The notes beneath the pieces are model-generated. The model saw nothing but the letters and a program-made list of their open reading frames with translations, was not told where the DNA came from and did no database searches. A program made the translations under genes and the position numbers. Shown here one piece after another: positions 1-10,083 of a DNA stretch of 61,130 nt. The DNA lies in the NCBI GenBank assembly GCA_946493085.1, contig CAMMAC010000006.1, positions 1 to 61,130 on the forward strand, written 5' to 3'. Position 1 is the stretch's first letter; every line of letters begins with the position of its first letter. Source of the DNA: an uncultured Clostridiaceae bacterium (lineage in GTDB: Bacteria > Bacillota > Clostridia > TANB77 > CAG-508).

Positions 1-81
1 GGTTGAGACATTTTCTCAAATGATTTATTAAGACATTATCACAAATGAATCAGAAGTAGTGAAAAAAATATAAATATTCCC

Positions 82-110
82 TTGCAAACCGAAAAAGAAT
101 ATAGTATAAT
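82..110 (+). promoter_or_regulatory. sigma-A promoter of the tyrS leader
   Basis: TTGCAA (82-87), 17 nt spacer, TATAAT (105-110). Confidence 0.7.
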
Positions 111-116
111 TACAGA

Positions 117-355
117 CAACTTCATTTAATTATGTTTGAAAAAGAAACAAAGTAGGAAACTATTGTGACAAAAGAGAGATAATGGAAGGTGCAAATTATC
201 CGTAGATAGAAACATCCGAATTACAGTTCTTATAGTAATTAGCGTGTAAGCAGCGAGATGCTTAAAAAAGAAAGAGGCATGTAAAAAATTACATGTAAAT
301 AAAGGTGGTACCACGAGTCAAATCGTCCTTTAAAAGGATGGTTTGGCTCTTTTTG
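117..355 (+). promoter_or_regulatory. T-box riboswitch (Tyr) upstream of tyrS
   Basis: AGAGA and GGTG motifs in stem I; candidate TAC specifier at 222-224; T-box AAAGGTGGTACCACG at 301-315 pairing with CGTCCTT; competing terminator hairpin 315-349 followed by a T-run. Confidence 0.9.
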
Positions 356-381
356 AATACTACAAAAAGGGAGGAAAAAAT

Positions 382-1620
382 ATGACATTAGTAGAAGATT
401 TAAAATGGAGAGGACTTATCAAAGACATTTCTAGTCCAGAACTAGAAGAAAAACTAAATCAAGGAGGATTAACTTTTTATATTGGAACAGACCCTACGGC
501 AGATAGCCTTCATGTAGGACACTTGTCTAGTTTTTTAATTTCTAAAAGATTAAAAGAAGCAGGACATACGCCTATCTTATTAGTAGGAGGAGGAACAGGG
601 ATGATAGGAGATCCTAGACCTACTACAGAAAGAGCGATGATATCTAAAGAAGAAGTAACAAAAAATTTCGAGGGACTAAAAGCACAAGTAGAAAAACTAT
701 TTGGCTTTGAAGTAGTTAATAATTATGATTGGCACAAAGATATTAATGTGTTAGATTTCTTGAGAGATTATGGAAAATACTTTAATATTAACTATATGTT
801 AGATAAGGATATTATTAGAAGAAGACTAGACACAGGCATTACTTATACAGAATTTTCTTACATGATTTTACAAGCATTAGATTTTAAATATCTACATGAG
901 CATAAAAATGTAGATTTGCAATGTGCAGGTTCAGACCAATGGGGAAATATTACAGCAGGAATTGACCTAATTAGAAAATCAACAGGAGATGAAGTATACG
1001 GCTTTACTATGCCACTTGTAACCGATTCCCAAGGAAAGAAATTTGGAAAGAGTGAAGGAAATGCCCTATGGCTTGATAAAGAAAAAACATCTAGCTATAA
1101 GCTATATCAATTCTTTGTAAATGTAGAAGATTGTATGGTAATCGATTACTTAAAAATCTATACCTTCCTATCCAAAGAAGAAATAGAAGAATTAGAAAAA
1201 AGCAATAAAGAACATCCAGAACTAAGAGAAGCCCATAAGGCACTTGCAAGAGAAATTATTACCTTTTTACATGGAAAAGAAGAATATGAAAGAGCCGTGA
1301 ATCTTGCAGACCATTTATTCCATAATAAATTTCAAGATTTATCTAAAAAAGATATTGAAGACTTATTTGGAAGTGAAGAAAAAAAGATAGTAGAAGAAGG
1401 AATGAGTATTTTAGATGCACTAGTTCAAGTAGGAGCAGCAAGCAGTAAAAGAGAAGCAAGAGAATTTGTGGCAAACGGAGCTGTTTCCATTAATGGTGAA
1501 AAAGTAACAGACGTAAATGCAGAAATAACAGCGGATAACTTTATAGAAGGTACTTATATTGTTATTAAAAGAGGAAAGAAAAACTACTATATAGGAATGT
1601 CCCAAAAATGTCAGGCTTAA
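382..1620 (+). CDS. tyrS: tyrosine--tRNA ligase
   Basis: DPTADSLHVGH (HIGH), GSDQWGNI, KFGKS (KMSKS), C-terminal S4 domain; ATG 382 follows a GGAGG RBS. Confidence 0.97.
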   Translation: MTLVEDLKWRGLIKDISSPELEEKLNQGGLTFYIGTDPTADSLHVGHLSSFLISKRLKEAGHTPILLVGGGTGMIGDPRPTTERAMISKEEVTKNFEGLKAQVEKLFGFEVVNNYDWHKDINVLDFLRDYGKYFNINYMLDKDIIRRRLDTGITYTEFSYMILQALDFKYLHEHKNVDLQCAGSDQWGNITAGIDLIRKSTGDEVYGFTMPLVTDSQGKKFGKSEGNALWLDKEKTSSYKLYQFFVNVEDCMVIDYLKIYTFLSKEEIEELEKSNKEHPELREAHKALAREIITFLHGKEEYERAVNLADHLFHNKFQDLSKKDIEDLFGSEEKKIVEEGMSILDALVQVGAASSKREAREFVANGAVSINGEKVTDVNAEITADNFIEGTYIVIKRGKKNYYIGMSQKCQA

Positions 1621-1661
1621 GTGTGACATGTCTCATTTAACCCTGACTTAAGTGTGGGACA
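1598..1661. repeat. inverted doublet of a ~31 bp REP-like element (family 2, TGTCCCA...TGGGACA)
   Basis: tgtcccaaaaatgtcaggcttaagtgtgaca followed by an inverted related copy; similar doublet at 57944-58005. Confidence 0.6.
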
Positions 1662-1686
1662 CATTAAAAAAAGGGGAAAAAGAAAA

Positions 1687-2829
1687 ATGGCAGATAAACA
1701 AGAATGGGAAGAATTAGAAAAATGGTATACAGGAAAACAGGAGAAAAATAAGGAAAGGTATGGTTTTGACAATAGCATTTTAGAAGAAAAGAAACCGTTA
1801 AAAGAATCGGTAAGAACTACCATGCACTCTGTTGTAGAAATGAAAAGTATTGTATGGATTATTTTGGTAGCTCTTTGCTGTATTCTTATCTTTTTTATTT
1901 TAAATAGATTATATTTTGCTACTCATAAAACAGATGAGCAAAAAGTGATAGAAACAGCCAAAAGTTTATATGGGATGGATTGTAGTGTTGTGCAGAAAGA
2001 AACAATAATAGAAGGTAAAGACAAGTATACCTTACAAGTAGTTAACCAGCCAGAGATAACATTTCAGTGTGTAAAAACAGGAGGAGGTTATGCTTTTGAT
2101 TATACGTCTTATAGCCACCAACGCTATTTTAAACAATGGGAAAGCGAGAAAAAAGAACAATTTGTAGTAGAAGAGGATACTACAACAGATGGACTATTCC
2201 AATATGAAACTTATATTCCAGTAACGGTAGAGGATTTTGAGGTTATTGAAAATAAAATAAATGATATAGGAGAATTTGTAGAATATGCGGGAGAAAATTA
2301 TTCTCCATTTTGGAATGTGTATTTAGCTTATGGAGAAAGTAGAATTTATCCTTATACAGGCATGCCTTCTCAAATAAATAAGGAAGAAGCAGTAGAAGAG
2401 AGTAAAAGAACATTTGTAAATTACATAATGAAACGAGAACCAGAGAAGGCAAGACAATTGTATTCTACAGAAATCTTAGATACATATTGGAAACCAACTG
2501 CTTTAAAAGTTGTATTGAATGGACAAGAAATACCAATAACCAATTCTGTAGTACAAATGTATTATTCTTCACAAGGAGGGGAATATGCATTACAACTCTA
2601 TACAGAGTTTGTAAAACAAATAAATGGAGTAGAAATTATTAGCAGAGCAGAAATGATGCCAAGAGAATTTACGTACGAAGGACATACCTATACTATAAGC
2701 AATCAAGATACAAATTTAGAAAAATATCAACTAGGCTATACTTTGAGCCTACAGGAATTAGAAGAACTATTTCATGCTAAAGTAGAATTAGATAAGGAAG
2801 AAGAGAAAGCTTTTATAACAATACCATAA
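1687..2829 (+). CDS. hypothetical membrane-anchored protein
   Basis: Long ORF, one N-terminal TM segment, no recognised motif. Confidence 0.75.
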   Translation: MADKQEWEELEKWYTGKQEKNKERYGFDNSILEEKKPLKESVRTTMHSVVEMKSIVWIILVALCCILIFFILNRLYFATHKTDEQKVIETAKSLYGMDCSVVQKETIIEGKDKYTLQVVNQPEITFQCVKTGGGYAFDYTSYSHQRYFKQWESEKKEQFVVEEDTTTDGLFQYETYIPVTVEDFEVIENKINDIGEFVEYAGENYSPFWNVYLAYGESRIYPYTGMPSQINKEEAVEESKRTFVNYIMKREPEKARQLYSTEILDTYWKPTALKVVLNGQEIPITNSVVQMYYSSQGGEYALQLYTEFVKQINGVEIISRAEMMPREFTYEGHTYTISNQDTNLEKYQLGYTLSLQELEELFHAKVELDKEEEKAFITIP

Positions 2830-2934
2830 AAATTTTAATAAAAAAGTTTACAAAAAAATTAGGGGTATGATAAGATAAAGTACAGGGAAAAATAAAAGGG
2901 AATACATAAGAAAAAAATAAGAGGAGAAAAAATT

Positions 2935-3378
2935 ATGCTGTTTAATATTCTAGCAATTTTTGTAGGACTAGCTCTGCTGGTTATAGGAGCAGATATATTA
3001 GTAAAAGGAGCTAGTAACATAGCCAAAAAGTTTCATATCCCTGAAATTTTAATAGGACTTACCATTGTAGCAATAGGAACAGCTCTTCCAGAAATGGTAA
3101 CTTCTTTAATAGCAGTTATTACAGGAGATGCCGATATAGCAGTAGGAAACTTAATAGGTTCTAGCGTATTGAATTCTTTTCTTATTTTAGGAATAGGAGC
3201 AGCTATTACACCACTTACTATTTCAGCAGAATTCACAGAAAATTTGTTACTTCTTATCTTCTCCACTACATTACTTTGGTTGTTCTGCTATTTACCAAAA
3301 AAAGATACGCTAACAAGACCGAAAGGATTGATTTTAGTTCTAATTTTTGCAATATACATGGTAAAATTATTTGTGTAA
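2935..3378 (+). CDS. half-size Ca2+/cation (YrbG/CaCA) antiporter-like protein
   Basis: GTALPEMVTS and GNLIGSS alpha-repeat motifs; only one repeat (147 aa). Confidence 0.75.
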   Translation: MLFNILAIFVGLALLVIGADILVKGASNIAKKFHIPEILIGLTIVAIGTALPEMVTSLIAVITGDADIAVGNLIGSSVLNSFLILGIGAAITPLTISAEFTENLLLLIFSTTLLWLFCYLPKKDTLTRPKGLILVLIFAIYMVKLFV

Positions 3379-3460
3379 AGAAAAAACATATATTTTTCGC
3401 ATAAGAAAGCAAGAAGCTGGAAATAATGAAAATAAGAAAAAAGGAAGGAGTGAAAAATAT

Positions 3461-3898
3461 ATGGAAAAAACCGTAAATTGTTTAAATCAATTTTTAGCTG
3501 ATTTAGCAGTATTTTATAGAAAACTGCAAAATTTTCATTGGAATGTAGAAGGAAAAGATTTTTTTGTAATTCATGCAAAATTAGAGGAATATTACGATGA
3601 CATCAATGAACAAATTGATGAAATAGCAGAATATATCTTAAGCATAGGTGGTCAACCTTTGGGAACTATGAAAGACTACATGGAAATTACAAAAATACAA
3701 GAAGCGGAAAATGTAAAAGTAAAAAGTGACGCTGTGTTATCTTGCTTAATAAAAGATTATGAAACTATTTTGCAAGAAGCAAAACAAATTAAACAGGAAA
3801 GTGATGCGAGCAATGATTCACAGACTTCTACTATGATGGATGACTATATTGAAGATTATAGTAAAAAGTTATGGATGTTACGCCAAACAATGGCATAG
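3461..3898 (+). CDS. dps: Dps/ferritin-like DNA protection protein
   Basis: NFHWNVEG..FF..H..LEEYY..DEIAE and C-terminal KKLWML. Confidence 0.92.
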   Translation: MEKTVNCLNQFLADLAVFYRKLQNFHWNVEGKDFFVIHAKLEEYYDDINEQIDEIAEYILSIGGQPLGTMKDYMEITKIQEAENVKVKSDAVLSCLIKDYETILQEAKQIKQESDASNDSQTSTMMDDYIEDYSKKLWMLRQTMA

Positions 3899-4026
3899 AT
3901 GAAAAGATAATAATATATTGAAAAAATTATGGAAACAAGTAACCAATAAAAAATAAAGAGTTATAAAATGAAAAACAATAAAAAAGGTATAATCCTTCTT
4001 GTTAAAAGAGCAAGGAGGATTTTGTT

Positions 4027-5037
4027 ATGTTTATGCAAAAGAATAAAGAAAACGGAATTACAATGATTACATTAGCAGTAACCATTATTGTATTAATTAT
4101 TTTAGCAGGGGTAAGTATCAATATGCTTGTAGGAGATAACGGAATTATTACAAAGGCACAGCAAGCAAGAGAAAATATAGAGTTAGCACAAATAGAAGAA
4201 CAAACATCTCTAAATCAGTTATATGAAGAAATGGAACAAGAAGGAATATATACAGAAGATGAGGAGTCAATCCAAAAAGATGAAATGATAAAGTCTTTGC
4301 AAGAACAGTTAGAAGAACAAAGTAAAGAAATAGAAGAATTAAAAAAACAATTGCAAATTTACAAATTAAAAGAAGGGGACTATATTCAATATGATACAGG
4401 AGTAGAAGGAGTGGGCGAAATAACTTGTAGAGTCTTATATACAGCAAGTTCAAAGTATGGATTACAAATTATTACAGATGAAGGCGTAGAAACAGTATCA
4501 TTAGGAGTGGAGAATAATTTTGAAGCATCAAAAACAAGTTATAATAATGCAATAGAAATATTAAATCATGAAGCAGAAAAATATATTAATACAGCATATG
4601 CTACAGATGCAAGGTGTGTAGGAAGCGTGCCAACAGCAGAAAATGGAGTATTTATCAATAAAAATTTGGAAACAGCAGGCCCTGTTACAATGCAATTTGA
4701 ATACAATGGAAGTACGAGCATAGATGCTAAAGGAGAAGATACAAATTATACAGTAGATGAAGAACAAATGAGAAGTTTTAATCTTTTAGTAACAGGCTAT
4801 GAATATTGGTTATCTTCTCGTTATATATTTTCCAATTCTACTGGCTGTGGGTTAAATATACGCAGAATAACAACATCTGGAAGTTTATTTTATGGCGACA
4901 TGTGTTCTATTTATTATACAGGAGAAGCTGTTGGAAGAGGTTATGGCTTTGCTCTTCGTCCTTGCATTCTTCTAAGAGACGATATAGAAATAATAGGAGG
5001 AGATGGAAGTGAAGAAAAACCGTATATAATAGGTTAA
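4027..5037 (+). CDS. type IV pilin-like protein
   Basis: KENG|ITMITLAVTIIVLIILAGVSI prepilin-like N-terminus, coiled coil, C-terminal globular domain. Confidence 0.7.
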   Translation: MFMQKNKENGITMITLAVTIIVLIILAGVSINMLVGDNGIITKAQQARENIELAQIEEQTSLNQLYEEMEQEGIYTEDEESIQKDEMIKSLQEQLEEQSKEIEELKKQLQIYKLKEGDYIQYDTGVEGVGEITCRVLYTASSKYGLQIITDEGVETVSLGVENNFEASKTSYNNAIEILNHEAEKYINTAYATDARCVGSVPTAENGVFINKNLETAGPVTMQFEYNGSTSIDAKGEDTNYTVDEEQMRSFNLLVTGYEYWLSSRYIFSNSTGCGLNIRRITTSGSLFYGDMCSIYYTGEAVGRGYGFALRPCILLRDDIEIIGGDGSEEKPYIIG

Positions 5038-5166
5038 GCATAAAAATAAAAGAGATACTGTTGAAAATTATGAAACTGGGTAAACAACAAGGTAAAAATA
5101 CGCACATTGACATTTTCTTCCCATAAGTATATACTTTAAAAAAAGGAATAGAGAGGGGAGAAAAAA

Positions 5167-7200
5167 ATGTACCAGAAAAGTAAAAAAGTAGTGATAATAG
5201 TTGCTGTTTTGGTAATATTATTGGTCATAGGTGCTGTTGGTTTTTTTATGTGGTATAACAGTACAAAGATAAATCCAGAAGACACATTGGTGGCTTACGT
5301 AGATGCCTTAAAAGCAAAAGATTACGAAACAATGTATAGTAAAATTAGTGAAGAAAGTAAAAATACTACTACGAAAGAAGATTTTATAGCGAGAAATAAA
5401 AATATTTATGAGGGAATAGAAGCAAGTAATTTATCTATTAACATTGTTCAAGTAACAGAAGAAGGAAATAAAGCACAAATTGTTTATTCTACTACTATGC
5501 AAACAGTAGCTGGACAAATGAGTTTTTCTAATACAGCAAATTTGGTAAAAAATGCAGAAAATGGATATGATATAGAATGGTCTTCTAGCCTCATTTTTCC
5601 AGAATTACAAGAGGATTACAAAGTAAGAGTAGAAACATTAGAAGGAACAAGAGGAAGAATATTAGATAGAAACGATGTTGTACTTGCAGGAATGCAAACG
5701 GCATCTTCTATTGGGCTAGTACCGGGAAAAATGGGAGAAAATAAGGAGGAAGACATAGCCAGAATTGCTACCTTGTTAGATATTTCTGAAGATACGATTC
5801 AAAATGCACTATCAGCCTCTTATGTAAAAGATGACACCTTTGTACCTTTAAAAACAGTACAGAAAGGGGAACAAGAGTTAAAAAATCAATTATTAGAAAT
5901 TTCTGGTATAAAAATTATAGATACAACGGCACGTGTATATCCATTAGGAGAAGCGTCATCTCACCTGTTGGGCTATGTACAAACGATTAATGCAGAAGAA
6001 TTAAAAGAAAATGCGAATAAAGGGTACACCAATACCAGTGTTATTGGAAAAACAGGACTAGAAAAAATATATGAAGATACCTTGAAAGCTACAGATGGAG
6101 CAGAAATCTATATTGTAGATGCAGAAGGAAATAAGAAAAAAACACTTGCTAAAAAACAAGAACAAAACGGAAAAGATATTAAATTAACGATAGATTCTAC
6201 CATTCAACAAAAATTATATAATCAATTAAAAGAAGATAAGGCAGCAGCAGTTGCAATGAATCCAAATACAGGAGAAATTTTAGCATTAGTAAGTTGTCCT
6301 ACCTTTAATTCTAACGATTTTAGTTTAGGAATGACAACAAACCAATGGAATCGTTTATCTCAAAACGAAGCAAAACCATTATATAATCGTTATTTACAAA
6401 CCTATGTACCAGGCTCTAGTTTTAAGCCAATTACTGGTGCCATTGGATTAGATACAAATTCTTTTACAGCAGATGAAGATTTTGGTAGTAGCGGAACAAA
6501 ATGGCAAGCTTCTAAAAATTGGAGAGATTTTTATGTTACAACACTAACTACTTATAATGGACCAGCGAACTTACAAAATGCTCTTATTTATTCAGATAAT
6601 ATTTACTTTGCAAAAGCGGGTATAAAAATAGGAAAACAAAATTTTATGAATCAATTAAATGCATTAGGATTTTCCAAAAAAATATCTTTTGAGCAAGAAT
6701 TAGGCATGTCAACTTATTCTAATAGTGGCAGTTTTGAAACAGAAACACAATTAGCCAATACTGGTTATGGACAAGGAGAACTTTTGGTAAACCCTGTGCA
6801 TATGGCAATGATATATTCTAGTTTTGCTAATGAAGGTAATATGCTTGAAGCATATTTAATGTATAAAGAAGATAAAACGCCTACTTATTACGCAGAGCAA
6901 GTTTTCTCTAAAGAAACGGCAAATACCATAAAAGAAGATTTAATACAAGTAGTAGAAAATCCAAATGGCACAGCACATAGTGCGAAAATAGACGGGGTAA
7001 CGATAGCTGCTAAAACGGGAACGGCAGAAATTAAAGATAGCAAAGAGGATACAGAAGGAACGGAATTAGGCTGGTTTAATGCTTTTACAGCAGATAAAAA
7101 TGCTCAAAATCCTTTATTAATTGTAAGTATGGTAGAAGATGTAAAAAATAAAGGTGGAAGTCATTATGTATTAGACAAAATAAAGCCAATGTTTGAATAA
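5167..7200 (+). CDS. class B penicillin-binding protein, MecA/PbpC-like
   Basis: N-terminal TM, NTF2-like and dimerisation regions, transpeptidase motifs SSFK, SDN, KTG. Confidence 0.9.
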   Translation: MYQKSKKVVIIVAVLVILLVIGAVGFFMWYNSTKINPEDTLVAYVDALKAKDYETMYSKISEESKNTTTKEDFIARNKNIYEGIEASNLSINIVQVTEEGNKAQIVYSTTMQTVAGQMSFSNTANLVKNAENGYDIEWSSSLIFPELQEDYKVRVETLEGTRGRILDRNDVVLAGMQTASSIGLVPGKMGENKEEDIARIATLLDISEDTIQNALSASYVKDDTFVPLKTVQKGEQELKNQLLEISGIKIIDTTARVYPLGEASSHLLGYVQTINAEELKENANKGYTNTSVIGKTGLEKIYEDTLKATDGAEIYIVDAEGNKKKTLAKKQEQNGKDIKLTIDSTIQQKLYNQLKEDKAAAVAMNPNTGEILALVSCPTFNSNDFSLGMTTNQWNRLSQNEAKPLYNRYLQTYVPGSSFKPITGAIGLDTNSFTADEDFGSSGTKWQASKNWRDFYVTTLTTYNGPANLQNALIYSDNIYFAKAGIKIGKQNFMNQLNALGFSKKISFEQELGMSTYSNSGSFETETQLANTGYGQGELLVNPVHMAMIYSSFANEGNMLEAYLMYKEDKTPTYYAEQVFSKETANTIKEDLIQVVENPNGTAHSAKIDGVTIAAKTGTAEIKDSKEDTEGTELGWFNAFTADKNAQNPLLIVSMVEDVKNKGGSHYVLDKIKPMFE

Positions 7201-7228
7201 AAAATAACCAAAGAAAGGAAGATACTGC

Positions 7229-8224
7229 ATGCCAGAAAAGATAGTAGTGACAGGAGCAACAGGTCATATTGGAAATGCTTTATTACGCGAACTACAAAAG
7301 CAAAAGAATGAGGTAGTTGCTTTTGTACTAAAAGGTGAGGATACAAAATGTATACAAGATTTAGGTTGTAAAATAGTATATGGAGATGTACAAGACATAA
7401 ATAGCTTAAAAGAGGCCTTTCGAGGTGCTACAATGGTATTTCATTTAGCTGGAATCATAGAAATAGGAAGCACCAATAAAAAGAAATTATGGCAAGTAAA
7501 TGTAGAAGGAACAAAGAATGTGTGGAGAGTATGTAAAGAAGAAAAAGTAAAAAGATTGATTTATACTAGTTCTGTTCATGCTATCCCAGAAAAGCCAAAA
7601 GGAGAGCAAATAGCAGAAACAACAACTTTTTCCAAGGACTTAGTAAAGGGAAGTTATGCTAAAACAAAAGCGGAGGCAACTGCATTTTTACTTAGTAAAG
7701 CTAAAGAAGAGGTAGAAATCGTAATTGTACATCCTTCTGGTGTAATTGGACCTTATGAGTACATAGTTTCTAATTTAGGACAGCTAATCATAGATTGTGC
7801 CAACAAAAAAATTGGAGCTTATTTAGAAGGTGGCTACAACTTTGTAGATGTAAGAGATGTAGCCAGAGGAACAGTACTAGCAGCACAAAAAGGAAAAGCA
7901 GGAGAGTGCTATATTTTAGCTGGACATCAAGTTAGTGTAAAAAATTTAATGCAACAAATAGAAAAAATAACCAAAGTACCAGCTCCTAAATTTAAAATAG
8001 CAAGATGGTTTGCCTATATAACAGGAATTTTTTCAGAGTGCTATTCTAAAATAGTAAAAGAAAAGCCGTTGTTTACTTCTTATGCCGTTTATACATTAGG
8101 AACAAATAGCAATTTTACTAGTAAAAAAGCACAGGAAGAATTGGGGTATACCATAAGACCAATAGAAGAAACGATAAAAGATACCATTGAGTGGTTTCAA
8201 AAACAAGGAAAAATAAACGAATAA
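7229..8224 (+). CDS. NAD-dependent epimerase/dehydratase (dihydroflavonol-4-reductase-like SDR)
   Basis: VTGATGHIG, YTSS, YAKTK. Confidence 0.88.
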   Translation: MPEKIVVTGATGHIGNALLRELQKQKNEVVAFVLKGEDTKCIQDLGCKIVYGDVQDINSLKEAFRGATMVFHLAGIIEIGSTNKKKLWQVNVEGTKNVWRVCKEEKVKRLIYTSSVHAIPEKPKGEQIAETTTFSKDLVKGSYAKTKAEATAFLLSKAKEEVEIVIVHPSGVIGPYEYIVSNLGQLIIDCANKKIGAYLEGGYNFVDVRDVARGTVLAAQKGKAGECYILAGHQVSVKNLMQQIEKITKVPAPKFKIARWFAYITGIFSECYSKIVKEKPLFTSYAVYTLGTNSNFTSKKAQEELGYTIRPIEETIKDTIEWFQKQGKINE

Positions 8225-8230
8225 AAAAGT

Positions 8231-8278
8231 AAGCAACTGACAAAGAGGTAAAGATTTTCTTTGTCAGTTGCTTTTTTT
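8231..8278. terminator. bidirectional intrinsic terminator
   Basis: aagcaactgacaaaga / tctttgtcagttgctt inverted repeat between convergent genes. Confidence 0.75.
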
Positions 8279-8711
8279 TAAGTTTAAAATAGCAGTTCTT
8301 GCTAATTCATCGCAACGATTGTTATATTCATTATCGCTATGTCCTTTTACTTTAATAAATTCTATTTTATGTATTTGTGTAAATTGATATAAGGTTTGCC
8401 AAAGTTCTTTATTCTTTACGGGAGAGCCATCAGCTGTTTTCCAACCTTTTTTCATCCAATTGTAAATCCACCCTTGTGTAAATCCATTAATTACATAAGC
8501 ACTATCGCTATATACCTTGATAGAACAAGGAAATTTAATAAGTTTTAAAGCTTCTACTACGGCAGTAAGTTCCATAATATTGTTAGTGGTATCTAGCTTG
8601 GCACCGGAAATTTCCTTTTTATGATTTCTGTACATTAAAATAGCACCCCATCCACCGGGACCGGGATTTCCGTGAACAAGCTCCATCTGTATAAATCACG
8701 ACTTCTTCCAT
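8264..8711 (-). CDS. rnhA: ribonuclease HI; needs +1 shift at CGG 8672-8670
   Basis: [13 protein letters not shown], then one extra C, then [33 protein letters not shown]; 148 aa when joined. Confidence 0.93.
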
Positions 8712-8797
8712 ATATTTTTATCCTTTCATTGTAAAATTATTTCATTTATGGTATTATATCAATAGTAAAAAAAATAAACAAGAGGGAAGGGAAAAGT

Positions 8798-10030
8798 ATG
8801 GCAACAGTTTTGGGAATTATAGCAGAATATAATCCATTTCATAATGGACATTTATATCACATACAAGAAAGTAAAAAGCAGACAGGAGCCCAATATGTAA
8901 TTTGCATTATAACAGGTAATTTTACACAGCGAGGAGATACTTCTTTAGTCAATAAATGGATAAAAACTAGGATGTGTTTGGAAAATGGAGCAGATATTGT
9001 AATAGAGTTGCCAACTATTTATAGTACTTCCAGTGCAGAAAATTTTGCAGAAGGAGCTATTAAAATATTAGATAGTTTGAAAATTGTAGATACTTTGTCC
9101 TTTGGAACCGAAACACAAGACTTAGCAGCACTCAACAATATTGCAAATGTAGTCTATTATGAACCAAAAGAGTATGTGAGCCTTTTAAATCATGAACTTG
9201 GAAAAGGAGTTTCTTTCCCAAAAGCAAGAGAAAATGCAGTACTAATGTACTTAAATGATATTAAACGATATGCGAATATTTTATCTGGAGCTAACAATAT
9301 CTTGGCAATAGAATATATAAAAGCACTTCGTAGATTAAAAAGTGATTTAAAACCTTTTTCTGTTCAAAGAAAAAAAGTATATTATAACGACGAACATATT
9401 GTAGATGATTTTGCTAGTGCTACTGCTATCCGAAAAATGGTAAAGAGAGAGCAATATGAAGACATACGAAAAGTAGTACCAAAAAATAGTTATGCTTTAT
9501 TGCAAGAAGAAATCAAAAGAGGAAATATTGTGATGGGGCTAGAAAGTTTTGAAAAAGAAATTTTATATACTTTAAGAAAAATGACAGTAAAAGAAATACA
9601 AAACTTACCAGATGTAACAGAAGGACTAGAAAACAATATAAAAAATGCAGCAAATTCTTGCAACAATCTTCAAGACTTAATGAATATTATCAAATCCAAA
9701 AGATATACCCAAACGAGAATTCAAAGAATTTTATTATATAGCTTATTGGGAATTACGAAAAAAGATATGGAAATAGCCAGAAAAATAACGCCTTATACAA
9801 GAGTATTAGGTTTTAACGAAAAAGGAAAAGAAATGTTATCTGACATATGCCATATTAATCCTAAAATCAATATCGTAACTTCTGTAAAAAAATTTATGGA
9901 TAATAGTAGTAATAAAAATTTAAAAGAAATGCTAGAAAAAGATATCTTTGCTAGCAATGTATACACATTAGGATATGCTTATGATTCATGGGCTAATTTG
10001 GATTACACAAATAAGCTAATTGTATTATAA
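8798..10030 (+). CDS. tmcAL: tRNA(Met) cytidine acetate ligase (YlbM family)
   Basis: GIIAEYNPFHNGH, GNFTQRG, NNILAIEY, SATAIR, KRYTQTRIQR. Confidence 0.9.
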   Translation: MATVLGIIAEYNPFHNGHLYHIQESKKQTGAQYVICIITGNFTQRGDTSLVNKWIKTRMCLENGADIVIELPTIYSTSSAENFAEGAIKILDSLKIVDTLSFGTETQDLAALNNIANVVYYEPKEYVSLLNHELGKGVSFPKARENAVLMYLNDIKRYANILSGANNILAIEYIKALRRLKSDLKPFSVQRKKVYYNDEHIVDDFASATAIRKMVKREQYEDIRKVVPKNSYALLQEEIKRGNIVMGLESFEKEILYTLRKMTVKEIQNLPDVTEGLENNIKNAANSCNNLQDLMNIIKSKRYTQTRIQRILLYSLLGITKKDMEIARKITPYTRVLGFNEKGKEMLSDICHINPKINIVTSVKKFMDNSSNKNLKEMLEKDIFASNVYTLGYAYDSWANLDYTNKLIVL

Positions 10031-10083
10031 AGTCTTTATATAGTAAGCGATAAGTCCATAGATAGAAAGGAATGAAATAAAAT

